DNA from: a candidate division FCPU426 bacterium
Lineage (GTDB): Bacteria > Oederibacteriota > JAJYGY01 > DAIDJD01
DNA length: 54,629 bases
Assembly: GCA_027451505.1 (NCBI GenBank)
Contig: DAIDJD010000013.1
Location: forward strand, 1 to 54,629
Reading direction: 5' to 3'
Shown: positions 7,938 through 15,885 of the stretch, in pieces
How positions within the stretch are numbered: the first letter of the stretch is position 1
Layout of the letters: every line of letters begins with the position of its first letter
Position numbers and translations under genes: made by a program
Notes under the pieces: model-generated
What the model saw: the letters and a program-made list of their open reading frames with translations, nothing else
Databases searched by the model: none
Told to the model about the DNA's origin: nothing

Positions 7938-9811
7938 CCTATCCCCGCGTACCCCAGCATGGTGGCGTTGCTGAAGGCCTGGATGTTGCTGGTGTCGGCG
8001 GCCCACTGGGCGCCGACGAACACGGAGAAGCCGCCCGGCAGCCCGCGGTCGAGTTCCAGGTCGGCGTAGCCCTGCTCGTCAAGGCGCCCGCCCGCGGGCA
8101 GGTTGGGCGGCGAGGCCGGCCACCAGAGGTAGGCCTGGGGGGTCCACACCCCGGTGAAGGACACGTAAAAGCCCTTGGGCAGCATCAGGCGCGCGTTGAT
8201 CGAGGCGAAGGCGTTGTCGTAGCCCCACATCGTGTCCCCGGGCCACACGGGCCGGGCCAGGCGGCCGCCCAGGATCAGTCCGAGCAGGTCGCCCCGACGC
8301 GACATCCAGGTGGCCCCCAGGGTGGGCAGAAGGCTGTTGTCGTCGTAGGGCGCGTAGGTGGGGAAGCGCTCGGCCAAGGCCTGGATCCCCAGGGAAAACG
8401 GCTGCATCCCCAGGACGCGGCCGTCGAGCTCGGTGCGCGCGGAGACGACTTCGTAGTTGGCGGGCGCGTTGTTCCAATGGATGAAGTTCTGGCGCACCCC
8501 GCCGTTGCCGTCCAGGAGGGCGCTCCAGCGCGGATTGAAGGTGTAGCGCACCAGGGCGTCCAGGCTGGAAAGGGGTTGCCCGACGTTGAGGGGCTGGCCC
8601 GGGTACTGGTAGGGAACGATGAACATGCCGTAGGACAAGGTCGCGGCCACGCGCTTGCCCAAGGCCAGTCCGTAGCTGAGGTTGAGTTCGTCCTGGCTTC
8701 CCAGGGAGCGGGTCCGCACAACGCCGGCGGCGGTGTCGCTCTGGTTCACCTGGGGCCCGGCCATGAGGCGCACCGAGCCGTGCAGGCCCATGCCGGCCTG
8801 GGCCGGTACCTGGCCCAGCTCGGACTGGGCCAGGAGGCCGAACCCTCCGGCCGGCCCCAGCGCCGCGAGCGAGGCCAGGGTGTCCCGGGCCGCGGCGGCC
8901 TGGCCGGTGCGCTGCTGGTATTTGGCCTTGAGGTAGAGCCCTCCGGGATGGCGTGGATCCAGGGCCAGGCAACGTTCCAGCGCCCGGAGCATGCCCGGCC
9001 CGTCTTTGAGGCGGTAGCGGGCCAGGGCCAGGCTATACCAGCAGTCCGGCGCCTCGGGCGAGACCGCGCAGGCCCCGCGGAAACAGGCCTCGGCCCGTTT
9101 GGCGTCCCCGCGCTTGAGCCAGGCGTTGCCCCAGGCGATGTCCCGGGCGGCCTCCGGTCCCGGCGTCTGGATCCCGGGCCGGGCCAGGACACGCGCCAGG
9201 GAGGCGTCCTGGGGATCCAGGGCGCGGGCCCGGGCCAGGGCCTTGCGCGCCTCCTGGTCGCGTCCCAGGCGCTCCAGGCAGATGGCTTCGCCCTTCCATC
9301 CCAGGGGGCTGCGCGGATCCTGCCGCACCGCGGCGCCGAAGGCGGCCAACGCATAGGTGACTTGGCCGGCCTGGAGGCCCTGCTCGCCCACGGCCAGGGC
9401 ATAGGGCTCCCCCAACCTGAGCAGCAGCGCGGCGCTGGCGTGGTCGCTGGGCGAACGCTCCAGCGCCGCCTCGGCCCAGCGCCGCGCGGAGCGGCGCCGG
9501 CCCAAGACAAAGGCGCACGCGGCCACCCCGTAGTAGGCGGCGCCTTCGCCGGGTTCGCATTGCGCGGCCAGGACAAAGGCCCGCATGGCTTGGACATAGG
9601 CGTGGCGCAGGTACCAGGCGCGCCCCTGGGCCAGGAAGTCTTGGGCGCAAGGCGTCGCGGCCCGCGCGCTGCCTGAGAACACCAAAACCACCAGCACCCA
9701 AAACCACAATCGTTTGTATTTTTTAAGATAAAGCTCGCGCGCGCTTCTGAACTCAAAATCCTTTAAAAAACGATTGTCTGTGGCCTGCGCACCGCTGGGA
9801 CTTCCTGGCAA
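7925..9811 (-). CDS. TPR-repeat protein with a predicted C-terminal outer-membrane beta-barrel
   Basis: The N-terminal ~300 aa hold multiple TPR-like helical pairs after a signal-like KKYKRLWFWVLVVLVFSGSARA. The C-terminal ~300 aa have an alternating-hydrophobic strand pattern rich in G/Y/W/N and end ...MLGYAGIGWGR. The start is uncertain: TTG at 9811 in the track, with no in-frame ATG before the signal peptide. Confidence 0.65.
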   Translation of the reverse strand: MPGSPSGAQATDNRFLKDFEFRSARELYLKKYKRLWFWVLVVLVFSGSARAATPCAQDFLAQGRAWYLRHAYVQAMRAFVLAAQCEPGEGAAYYGVAACAFVLGRRRSARRWAEAALERSPSDHASAALLLRLGEPYALAVGEQGLQAGQVTYALAAFGAAVRQDPRSPLGWKGEAICLERLGRDQEARKALARARALDPQDASLARVLARPGIQTPGPEAARDIAWGNAWLKRGDAKRAEACFRGACAVSPEAPDCWYSLALARYRLKDGPGMLRALERCLALDPRHPGGLYLKAKYQQRTGQAAAARDTLASLAALGPAGGFGLLAQSELGQVPAQAGMGLHGSVRLMAGPQVNQSDTAAGVVRTRSLGSQDELNLSYGLALGKRVAATLSYGMFIVPYQYPGQPLNVGQPLSSLDALVRYTFNPRWSALLDGNGGVRQNFIHWNNAPANYEVVSARTELDGRVLGMQPFSLGIQALAERFPTYAPYDDNSLLPTLGATWMSRRGDLLGLILGGRLARPVWPGDTMWGYDNAFASINARLMLPKGFYVSFTGVWTPQAYLWWPASPPNLPAGGRLDEQGYADLELDRGLPGGFSVFVGAQWAADTSNIQAFSNATMLGYAGIGWGR

Positions 9812-9915
9812 CCGCCACCTCGAGGGCCGTCTTGGTCCGTACCCAAGGATACCTAATTTTCAAAGCGAAAGCGGCGTGGCGCCAAAAAAAGATTCCCCCC
9901 AAGACTCTGCGCGGC

Positions 9916-9982
9916 GCCGCGGGGCGAGAAAGGCGCCTCGCCCCGCGGCCAGAGCCGGGGGCCGATCCGATCCGGCCCCCGG
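9916..9982 (-). terminator. Two GC-rich hairpins downstream of the AT-hook gene
   Basis: Hairpin 9955-9982 has a 10-bp stem (CCGGGGGCCG/CGGCCCCCGG). Hairpin 9916-9949 has a 13-bp stem (GCCGCGGGGCGAG/CTCGCCCCGCGGC). A T7 run follows on the minus strand but is ~20 nt away, so this is not a textbook terminator. Confidence 0.45.
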
Positions 9983-9992
9983 GACGCGACCC

Positions 9993-10373
9993 CTACCTCA
10001 AAAGTTTTTTCAACTCACGGGTGATGAGCTTGGGCAGCTTGGCTTTGAACGCGGCCACCGCATCCTTGGCGATGCGTCGGGCTTCGCGCTGCTTCACATA
10101 ACCCTTCAAAGGAACCGCGGAGGCCGAGACGCCTTTGGGGCGGCCGGATCCACGCTTCGCGGCACCCTCCTTCGTCGGCCGGGGTCCCTTGGGCCGTCCC
10201 GGCTTGTTCTTGGATCCCTTGGGCCGACCTGGCTTGTTCTTGGATCCCTTGGGCCGACCCGGCTTGTTCTTGGATCCCTTGGGCCGTCCCGGCCCGCGCT
10301 TGCCGCGGCCACGACGCGGGCGTTCGGCGCCGACTTCGTGCTTGGGAGTGATTTCCGTGGACATTTCCGCCAT
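9993..10373 (-). CDS. AT-hook repeat DNA-binding protein (HMGA-like GRPKGSKNK repeats)
   Basis: 126 aa; ATG at 10373 with AGGAG 6 nt upstream. Contains RGRGKRGPGRPKGSKNKPGRPKGSKNKPGRPKGSKNKPGRPKGPRP...GSGRPKG, which gives five GRP cores. Basic helical C-terminus. Confidence 0.75.
   Translation of the reverse strand: MAEMSTEITPKHEVGAERPRRGRGKRGPGRPKGSKNKPGRPKGSKNKPGRPKGSKNKPGRPKGPRPTKEGAAKRGSGRPKGVSASAVPLKGYVKQREARRIAKDAVAAFKAKLPKLITRELKKLLR
10186..10295 (-). repeat. Coding 30-nt tandem repeat (3 full copies plus a partial one)
   Basis: The unit cccttgggccgNccYggcttgttcttggat is visible directly. It encodes KPGRPKGSKN. Confidence 0.85.
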
Positions 10374-10637
10374 CGAATCTCCTGAAGATAATGGTTCCGT
10401 CTAGATTCTTGGGGCATCCAGCCCGCGCCGCAAGGGAAATTCGGAGGCGTCCCGGTTCATCCCGGGGTCGACCGGGCCCGGAACGCACCCGCCGAATTGC
10501 GGCGGCAAGTGTTTCTGCGGGGCGGGATGGGGCGCGGGGGTTGATAAAAGGGGGCGCCAAGCCCAAGATCGGAAGGTCCGGCCGCGCCCCAGCGGGCGCC
10601 GCGGACCTCGCGGACGGTTCCCACTCCAAGGTGCCCC

Positions 10638-11198
10638 ATGCAGATCAACAGCCTCATCCCCGACTTCAAGGCCATGGCCTTCCACAACGGCGAATTCAAG
10701 GCCGTGACCCGCGCCGACCTCAAGGGCAAGTGGACGGTGTTCTTCTTCTACCCCGCCGACTTCACCTTCGTCTGCCCCACCGAACTGGGCGACCTCGCCG
10801 ACCAATACCCGGCCCTGAAGGCCCTGGGCGTGGAGGTGCTTTCCGTGAGCACGGACACCCACTTCACCCACAAGGCTTGGCACGACGCCTCCGAGACCAT
10901 CCGCAAGATCCGCTTCCCGATGCTGGGCGACCCGACCGGGCACCTGAGCCGGTCCTTCGGCGTCCACATCGAGGAGGAGGGGCTGGCGTACCGCGGCACC
11001 TTCGTGGTCGACCCGGAGGGGCGCCTGAAGATCTCCGAGGTCCACGACAACGGCATAGGCCGCAACGCCGAGGAGCTGCTGCGCAAGGTCCAGGCCGCCC
11101 AGTACGTGGCGACCCACGACGGCGAGGTCTGCCCGGCCAAATGGAAGCCCGGCGCCAAGACGCTGCGGCCCGGCCTGGATTTGGTGGGCAAGATCTGA
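10638..11198 (+). CDS. ahpC: Alkyl hydroperoxide reductase subunit C (typical 2-Cys peroxiredoxin)
   Basis: 186 aa. Near-colinear with E. coli AhpC as I remember it ([24 protein letters not shown]...[12 protein letters not shown]...[11 protein letters not shown]...LDLVGKI). Confidence 0.95.
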   Translation: MQINSLIPDFKAMAFHNGEFKAVTRADLKGKWTVFFFYPADFTFVCPTELGDLADQYPALKALGVEVLSVSTDTHFTHKAWHDASETIRKIRFPMLGDPTGHLSRSFGVHIEEEGLAYRGTFVVDPEGRLKISEVHDNGIGRNAEELLRKVQAAQYVATHDGEVCPAKWKPGAKTLRPGLDLVGKI

Positions 11199-11208
11199 GC
11201 GCGGCCTC

Positions 11209-11805
11209 GTGAGCCGCTTCGACGACGCGTACCGCTCGGGCGCCGCGCCCTGGGACACGGGCCGGCCCCAGCCCGAGCTTCTGGGGCTGCTCCGGGAGGG
11301 GGCCCTGAAGGGCCGCATCCTCGACGCCGGCTGCGGCACCGGCGAGGCGGTGCTGCTGCTGCTGGCGCGCGGCCTGGACGCCCGCGGATACGACGCCTCG
11401 CCCCTGGCCGTGGAGCGGGCCCGCGCCAAGGCCGTGGAACGGGGCCTCGACCCCTCCCGCGTGGAGCTGCGGGATCTGCTCGACCCGGGCCACGGGGCCG
11501 GGCCCTTCGACACGGTGGTGGACCTGGCGGTCCTGCACACCTTCGACGACGCCCAGTGGCCCCGCTATGTCCGTTCCCTGGGCTCGCTGCTTACGCCCGG
11601 GGGCGCGTATTTCGGGCTGGCCTTCAGCGAGCGGGAACCCGCGGACTGGGGCGGACCGCGCCGGGTCACCCAGGAGCAGATCCGCGCCCTCTTCGCCGAA
11701 GGCTGGGACCTGGAATGGATCCGGGAGGCGAAGTATGAACTGGCGTTTAGGCCCGAGCCGGCCAAGGCGTGGATGGTGAAGGCGACGCTCCGGGGAATGC
11801 CTTGA
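11209..11805 (+). CDS. Class I SAM-dependent methyltransferase (TPMT/TehB-like)
   Basis: GTG at 11209. Motif I ILDAGCGTGEAVLLLL; N-terminal APWDTGRPQPEL is typical of this subgroup. Confidence 0.8.
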   Translation: MSRFDDAYRSGAAPWDTGRPQPELLGLLREGALKGRILDAGCGTGEAVLLLLARGLDARGYDASPLAVERARAKAVERGLDPSRVELRDLLDPGHGAGPFDTVVDLAVLHTFDDAQWPRYVRSLGSLLTPGGAYFGLAFSEREPADWGGPRRVTQEQIRALFAEGWDLEWIREAKYELAFRPEPAKAWMVKATLRGMP

Positions 11806-12377
11806 GGCGCGGGCGCGGGGCGCTGGCGTCCGCGGTCCTGGGCGCCTGGGCCGCGCTGGGGGCGGCCCAGGCAGGGGCCGGGGCTCCGGCCGGCGGGGCG
11901 CCGCCGGCGCTGGCCCTGAGGGACCTCGCCGGCGCCGCGGCGAACCTGGACGCCGTGGCGGTGGGGGCGCCTTGCGCCCTGATCTGCGGCTTCAGCCGGG
12001 CGTCCTCGGACCCCTGCCAGCGCCTGGAGGACCTCCTCTGGTCCCGCTACCCGGCGGGCTCGGCCTGCCGCGTCGTCGCGGTCCTGGAGCTGCAGGAGGC
12101 CCCGGGCTTCGTGGTCCCCTTCATCCGCTCCGGGGTGCGCTCCAAGACCCCCCGGGAGCGCTGGGGACGGGTCCTGATCGATCGCGGGGGGGAGTCCGCG
12201 CTCAAGGCCTGGATCGGCTACGATCCCAAGGACCCGGACGACACCTACGCCGCCGTGCTGGACGCCCGTGGCCGGCCCCTGTGGCGCGGCCACGCCCGCG
12301 GGGCCCCCGCGCTCCTAGCGGCGATGCGCGGCCTTCCCCGCCCGGCTCAGTCCCCGAGCTCCCCGAATTTGCGGTAG
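11802..12377 (+). CDS. Hypothetical secreted protein (possible thioredoxin-like fold)
   Basis: The TTG at 11802 overlaps the upstream TGA (TTGA). Signal-like RRGRGALASAVLGAWAALGAAQA. GC-rich third positions throughout. The 3' end overlaps the convergent aquaporin gene by 31 nt. I recognise no family. Confidence 0.5.
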   Translation: MRRGRGALASAVLGAWAALGAAQAGAGAPAGGAPPALALRDLAGAAANLDAVAVGAPCALICGFSRASSDPCQRLEDLLWSRYPAGSACRVVAVLELQEAPGFVVPFIRSGVRSKTPRERWGRVLIDRGGESALKAWIGYDPKDPDDTYAAVLDARGRPLWRGHARGAPALLAAMRGLPRPAQSPSSPNLR

Positions 12378-13033
12378 GCGGCCGCGGCGCCGGCCGCCCC
12401 CGCCAGGGGCCCGATCAGGTAGATCCACAGGCCGCTCATTTCCCAGGACGCCAGCGCCGGTCCCAGCGAACGGGCCGGGTTCATGGAGGCCCCGCTGAGG
12501 GGCCCGGCCCAGAACACGCCCCCGGCCAGGGCCGCGGCGGTGCCCAGCGCCGCGTGCATGGCCGGCACCCCGGGCTCCGTGACCGCGAGGTACACCCAGG
12601 TCAGCCAAAACGTCAGCGCGGCCTCGAGCAGAAGGGCGGCCGCCGGGTTCATCTGGGTGGAGCTCACCCCCAGAAGGCTGCTGCGCAGCAGCACCCTCAG
12701 AAGGACCCCCGCGGCCAGGGCCCCGATGCACTGGGCCCCGGCGTAGGGCAGGGCCAGGGACTTGGGGATGCGCCCGGCCAGCGCCATGCCTAAGCTCACG
12801 GCGGGGTTGAAGTGCCCCTGGGACACCGGCCCGAAAACCAGCATCAGGGCCATCAGGGTCAACCCCGAAGCCAGCCCCGCCTGCGTCCAATTGACCACGC
12901 CCCCGAACGCCCCGAAGGACGAGCCGGCCCCGGCCGAGACCAGGACCAGGACGCAGGTGCCCAGGGCCTCCGCGGCCAGCGCCTTCAGCGGCGCCGCCTT
13001 GGGCCGCCACTCTTCCACGAGTTCCTCGCGCAT
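12347..13033 (-). CDS. MIP-family channel (aquaporin/glycerol-facilitator-like)
   Basis: 228 aa; ATG at 13033 with GGAGG 7 nt upstream. Two NPA boxes (HFNPAVS, SMNPARS) and a six-TM pattern. Confidence 0.9.
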   Translation of the reverse strand: MREELVEEWRPKAAPLKALAAEALGTCVLVLVSAGAGSSFGAFGGVVNWTQAGLASGLTLMALMLVFGPVSQGHFNPAVSLGMALAGRIPKSLALPYAGAQCIGALAAGVLLRVLLRSSLLGVSSTQMNPAAALLLEAALTFWLTWVYLAVTEPGVPAMHAALGTAAALAGGVFWAGPLSGASMNPARSLGPALASWEMSGLWIYLIGPLAGAAGAAAAYRKFGELGD

Positions 13034-13063
13034 CCATATCCTCCCGGGCCCGGCGCGGGCCGT

Positions 13064-13954
13064 TCAACTCAGCAGTTCGCCCTGCTCGGCCGTGCCCGAG
13101 GCCTGCAGGGACCAATTCAGGATGGCCTGGCGCAGGCGCGAGCCGGGCCGGTAGTCGGCCTCGAACCATTCGTGGGCCCGTCCCTGCTCCACGGCGTAGG
13201 CCCGGGCGCGGGCCTCCGAGGCCGCGTCCCCGGGCGCGTGCACCGCGAAGGAGGTCCCCCCGAATTGGCGCAGCAGCGCGAAGGCGGCCACGTCGCTGTA
13301 CCCGTCGCCGAGGTAGAGCATGCGGCTGAAGGGCACCCTCAGGTCCCCGGGCTTGAGCTTGGCGTTGACGTCCGGCCGGCTGGGCAGGTAGGAGCCCTTG
13401 CTGATGGCGAAGAGCTTCTGGGTCTTCGCGGTGAACCCCACCGTCTCCTTGGGGAAGGACAGCCGGGGCCCCAGGCCGTCGCCGGGGTCCTCCTCATCCA
13501 TGCGGCACGCGAAGACGGCCTTGAAGCGGTCGGCCAGGCCGCGGGACTCCAGGCAGCCCTCGATGAGGGGCTGGATGCCGCCGGAGACGATGAAGGCCTC
13601 CAACCGCCCGGGTCCCAGCCGCGCCTGGAGCGCGGTGAAAAGCCCGGGCCCCTCCGGCCCGTCCGTGAGGCCGGGATAGAGGCGCACGTCCGAACCCAAT
13701 GCGCGCAGGCGTTCCCGCCCCAAGCGGCGGGACGCGTCGGCCCGGCCCATGTCGGCGAGCAGGGCCAGGTAGCTGTGCTCCAGGTCGTAGGGGTCCGGGC
13801 CCGCCTGGAGCCGCGCGCAGTCGCCCCAGAAGCGCTCCGGCGGGACGCCCCAGCGCCGCAGCACCGGCTCGATCATGATCTCGGGGGACAGCGTCAGGTC
13901 GAAGTCGAAGACCAGCGCCAGGCGCCGCGGCTCCGGCGCCGGGGAGGCCCTCAC
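13064..13954 (-). CDS. HAD-superfamily hydrolase
   Basis: The GTG at 13954 overlaps the nadE stop (GTGA). Motif I is LVFDFDLTLS and motif IV is YLGDGYSDVAAF. The track ORF 13064-14353 is over-extended. Confidence 0.75.
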   Translation of the reverse strand: MRASPAPEPRRLALVFDFDLTLSPEIMIEPVLRRWGVPPERFWGDCARLQAGPDPYDLEHSYLALLADMGRADASRRLGRERLRALGSDVRLYPGLTDGPEGPGLFTALQARLGPGRLEAFIVSGGIQPLIEGCLESRGLADRFKAVFACRMDEEDPGDGLGPRLSFPKETVGFTAKTQKLFAISKGSYLPSRPDVNAKLKPGDLRVPFSRMLYLGDGYSDVAAFALLRQFGGTSFAVHAPGDAASEARARAYAVEQGRAHEWFEADYRPGSRLRQAILNWSLQASGTAEQGELLS

Positions 13955-15885
13955 GCCCCGGACCCCGGTCCGAAGCCGCCGTTGAGGACGGGCCAGCGGC
14001 ACCAGGTGCGCGGATCGACGCTGTGGTCGTCCAGGTGCAGGGACACCGCCAGGCGCTCGCGCTTCCACTGGGAGCCCGACCACAGCGCGTAGAAGGAGCG
14101 CGTCCACTCCGCGAGGTCGTCCCCGGGTTCGCCGGGGAAGTCGCCGCGCAGGGCCTCCAGCGCGCCCTCGGGGGGCAGGCGCCGGACCACGGCGGAGCGC
14201 TCCAGCGCGTCGAGCACCGCGTAGGGCATCAGGTCGTCCTCGTCGGTCTGGCGGTCCTCCAGGGGCCGCAGCTCGGCGGTGGGAGCCTGGTCGTTGACCG
14301 CCTTGAGGGCCGGGACCGGCCCCAACTCCCGCGGACCCCGCTCCTCCATCCACCGCAGCCAGCCCCTGAGGAAGTCCTTGCCCACCCCGGCCACCGGGGC
14401 CAGGCCGCCGCTGGTGTCACCGTCCATGGAGGTGTACCCCGTGGCCGCCTCGCTGCGGTTGTTCGTCGCCAGCAGAAGCCGGCCCTCGGCGTTGGCCAGG
14501 GTCCACACCGCGGGGGACCGCACCCGGGCCTGGAGGTTCTGCAGCGTGAGGTCGTCCTCGGGCCAGCCCAAGGGCCGCCCCAGGACGCCTTCGGCCAGGC
14601 TCCGGTAGGCGTCGACGAGGTGTTGCACCTCCACGGCGGCGTGGGCCGAGCCCACGGCGCGGGCCACCCCCTCGGCCGCGGACCGGGTCGTGGCCGAGGA
14701 GTGCGCCGTGGCTTGGTAGAGGGTGCGCAGCAGCACGGGCATGGCCGCGGCTTGGCCGCCGGCGGCCGCGATCCCGGGAACGTCCGGAAGCCGCGCGGCG
14801 AAGCCCTCGAAGCCGAGCTCGTCGACGGCGAAAGCGGCCATCAGCCGGACCAGCAGCGCGCAGGCGGCCGAGTCCGCGCCCCCGGAAAGGCTCAGGCAGA
14901 ACCCGCGGGCCCGGCTTTTGCGGAGGTAGTCGAAGATCCCCAGGGCCCCGGCCCGCGCGAAGTCCTCGCGCGGATCGGCAGCCTCGTGGGCGGCCGGGTC
15001 GCCCAGGGACGGCGGGGGGGGGGAGGCCGGCAGGGCCGGCGGGAAGGGGTCCCGCACCAGACCCGCACCCTCCACCGGGGCGGCGCGCCGGACTTCGACG
15101 TCGGCGCAGACCAGCCCCACGTCGCGGTAGCTGAAGCGCGCTCCGCGGGCCGCCACCGCCCCGTCCGGGTGGAGGAGGAAGGCGCCCCCGTCGTAGACCG
15201 CGCGCCCGCTTTCGTTGCCCATGAGGTTGGCGTAGGCGTAGGCCAAGCCGTGGTCCGCGGCCGCCCCGACCCCCAGGCCCAGACGGACCGCCTGCTTTCC
15301 CGGGGCGTAGTGGCTCGCCGCCGGGCCGAAGATGAGGTTGGCCCCGCGCCGGGCCAGGCGCGGGGCGGGCCTTTCCGGCCCGCCCCAGGCGTCCTCGCAG
15401 ATCTCGAAACCCAGCACGGCCCCGCCGCAGGCGAAGAGCAGGTCCCCCACGGGGACCTCGCGCCCCAGAACCTCCGCGCGCTCCACCCGGCCCGGCTCCC
15501 AGGCCCGGAACCAGCGCGGCTCGTAGTGGATGCCGTCCCGGGCCAGGCGCTGCTTGGGCACCAGGCCCAAAAGGCGGCCGTCCGCGCACACCGCGACCGT
15601 GTTGTAGAGCGCCCCCCCCAGCTCGAAGGGCAGCCCAAAGGCCGTGCACAGCCCCTGGGTGCGCCCCACCAGGACGCCCAGTTCGGCCAGGGCCCTCTCC
15701 CGCAGGAACGGGGCGAGGAAGAGGTCTTCGCAGCCGTAACCCGTGACGGCCAGTTCGGGAAGGCAGAGGTGGGAGACGCCCGCGGCCCGGGCGAGGTCGA
15801 GGGCCCGGGCGAGGTTCCCCCGGTTGGCGGCCCAGGCCAGCGGCGTCTGGTTCACGAACGCCGCGCCCAAGCGCACGGTGCTCAC
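13951..15885 (-). CDS. nadE: Glutamine-dependent NAD+ synthetase (CN-hydrolase domain + NAD synthetase domain)
   Basis: The GTG at 15885 overlaps the upstream stop (GTGA); 644 aa. The N-terminal nitrilase-like domain has LCLPELAVTGY and FEICEDAW. The C-terminal domain has the PP-loop LSLSGGADSA. The 1370-aa track ORF is an artefactual upstream extension. Confidence 0.9.
   Translation of the reverse strand: MSTVRLGAAFVNQTPLAWAANRGNLARALDLARAAGVSHLCLPELAVTGYGCEDLFLAPFLRERALAELGVLVGRTQGLCTAFGLPFELGGALYNTVAVCADGRLLGLVPKQRLARDGIHYEPRWFRAWEPGRVERAEVLGREVPVGDLLFACGGAVLGFEICEDAWGGPERPAPRLARRGANLIFGPAASHYAPGKQAVRLGLGVGAAADHGLAYAYANLMGNESGRAVYDGGAFLLHPDGAVAARGARFSYRDVGLVCADVEVRRAAPVEGAGLVRDPFPPALPASPPPPSLGDPAAHEAADPREDFARAGALGIFDYLRKSRARGFCLSLSGGADSAACALLVRLMAAFAVDELGFEGFAARLPDVPGIAAAGGQAAAMPVLLRTLYQATAHSSATTRSAAEGVARAVGSAHAAVEVQHLVDAYRSLAEGVLGRPLGWPEDDLTLQNLQARVRSPAVWTLANAEGRLLLATNNRSEAATGYTSMDGDTSGGLAPVAGVGKDFLRGWLRWMEERGPRELGPVPALKAVNDQAPTAELRPLEDRQTDEDDLMPYAVLDALERSAVVRRLPPEGALEALRGDFPGEPGDDLAEWTRSFYALWSGSQWKRERLAVSLHLDDHSVDPRTWCRWPVLNGGFGPGSGA

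Noticed and set aside
3688-9811. Possibility that this is a PEP-CTERM/exosortase (PrsK-PrsR-PrsT) system.
   Set aside because: The putative target ends …PTPVATATP, with no PEP motif, TM helix or Arg cluster. The kinase lacks the many-TM PrsK architecture. No exosortase is in the window. Only the regulatory logic is analogous.
9871-9890. A sigma-54-like TGGCGC…GC element upstream of the TPR/barrel gene.
   Set aside because: The GG-to-GC spacing is one nucleotide short of the consensus, and the -12 region (CGCTT) is poor.
10374-10637. An OxyR-type operator or defined promoters in the divergent region between the AT-hook gene and ahpC.
   Set aside because: I saw only a loose TTGATA hexamer and no convincing OxyR-like ATAG-N7-CTAT tetrad pattern. 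I cannot support a call by eye.
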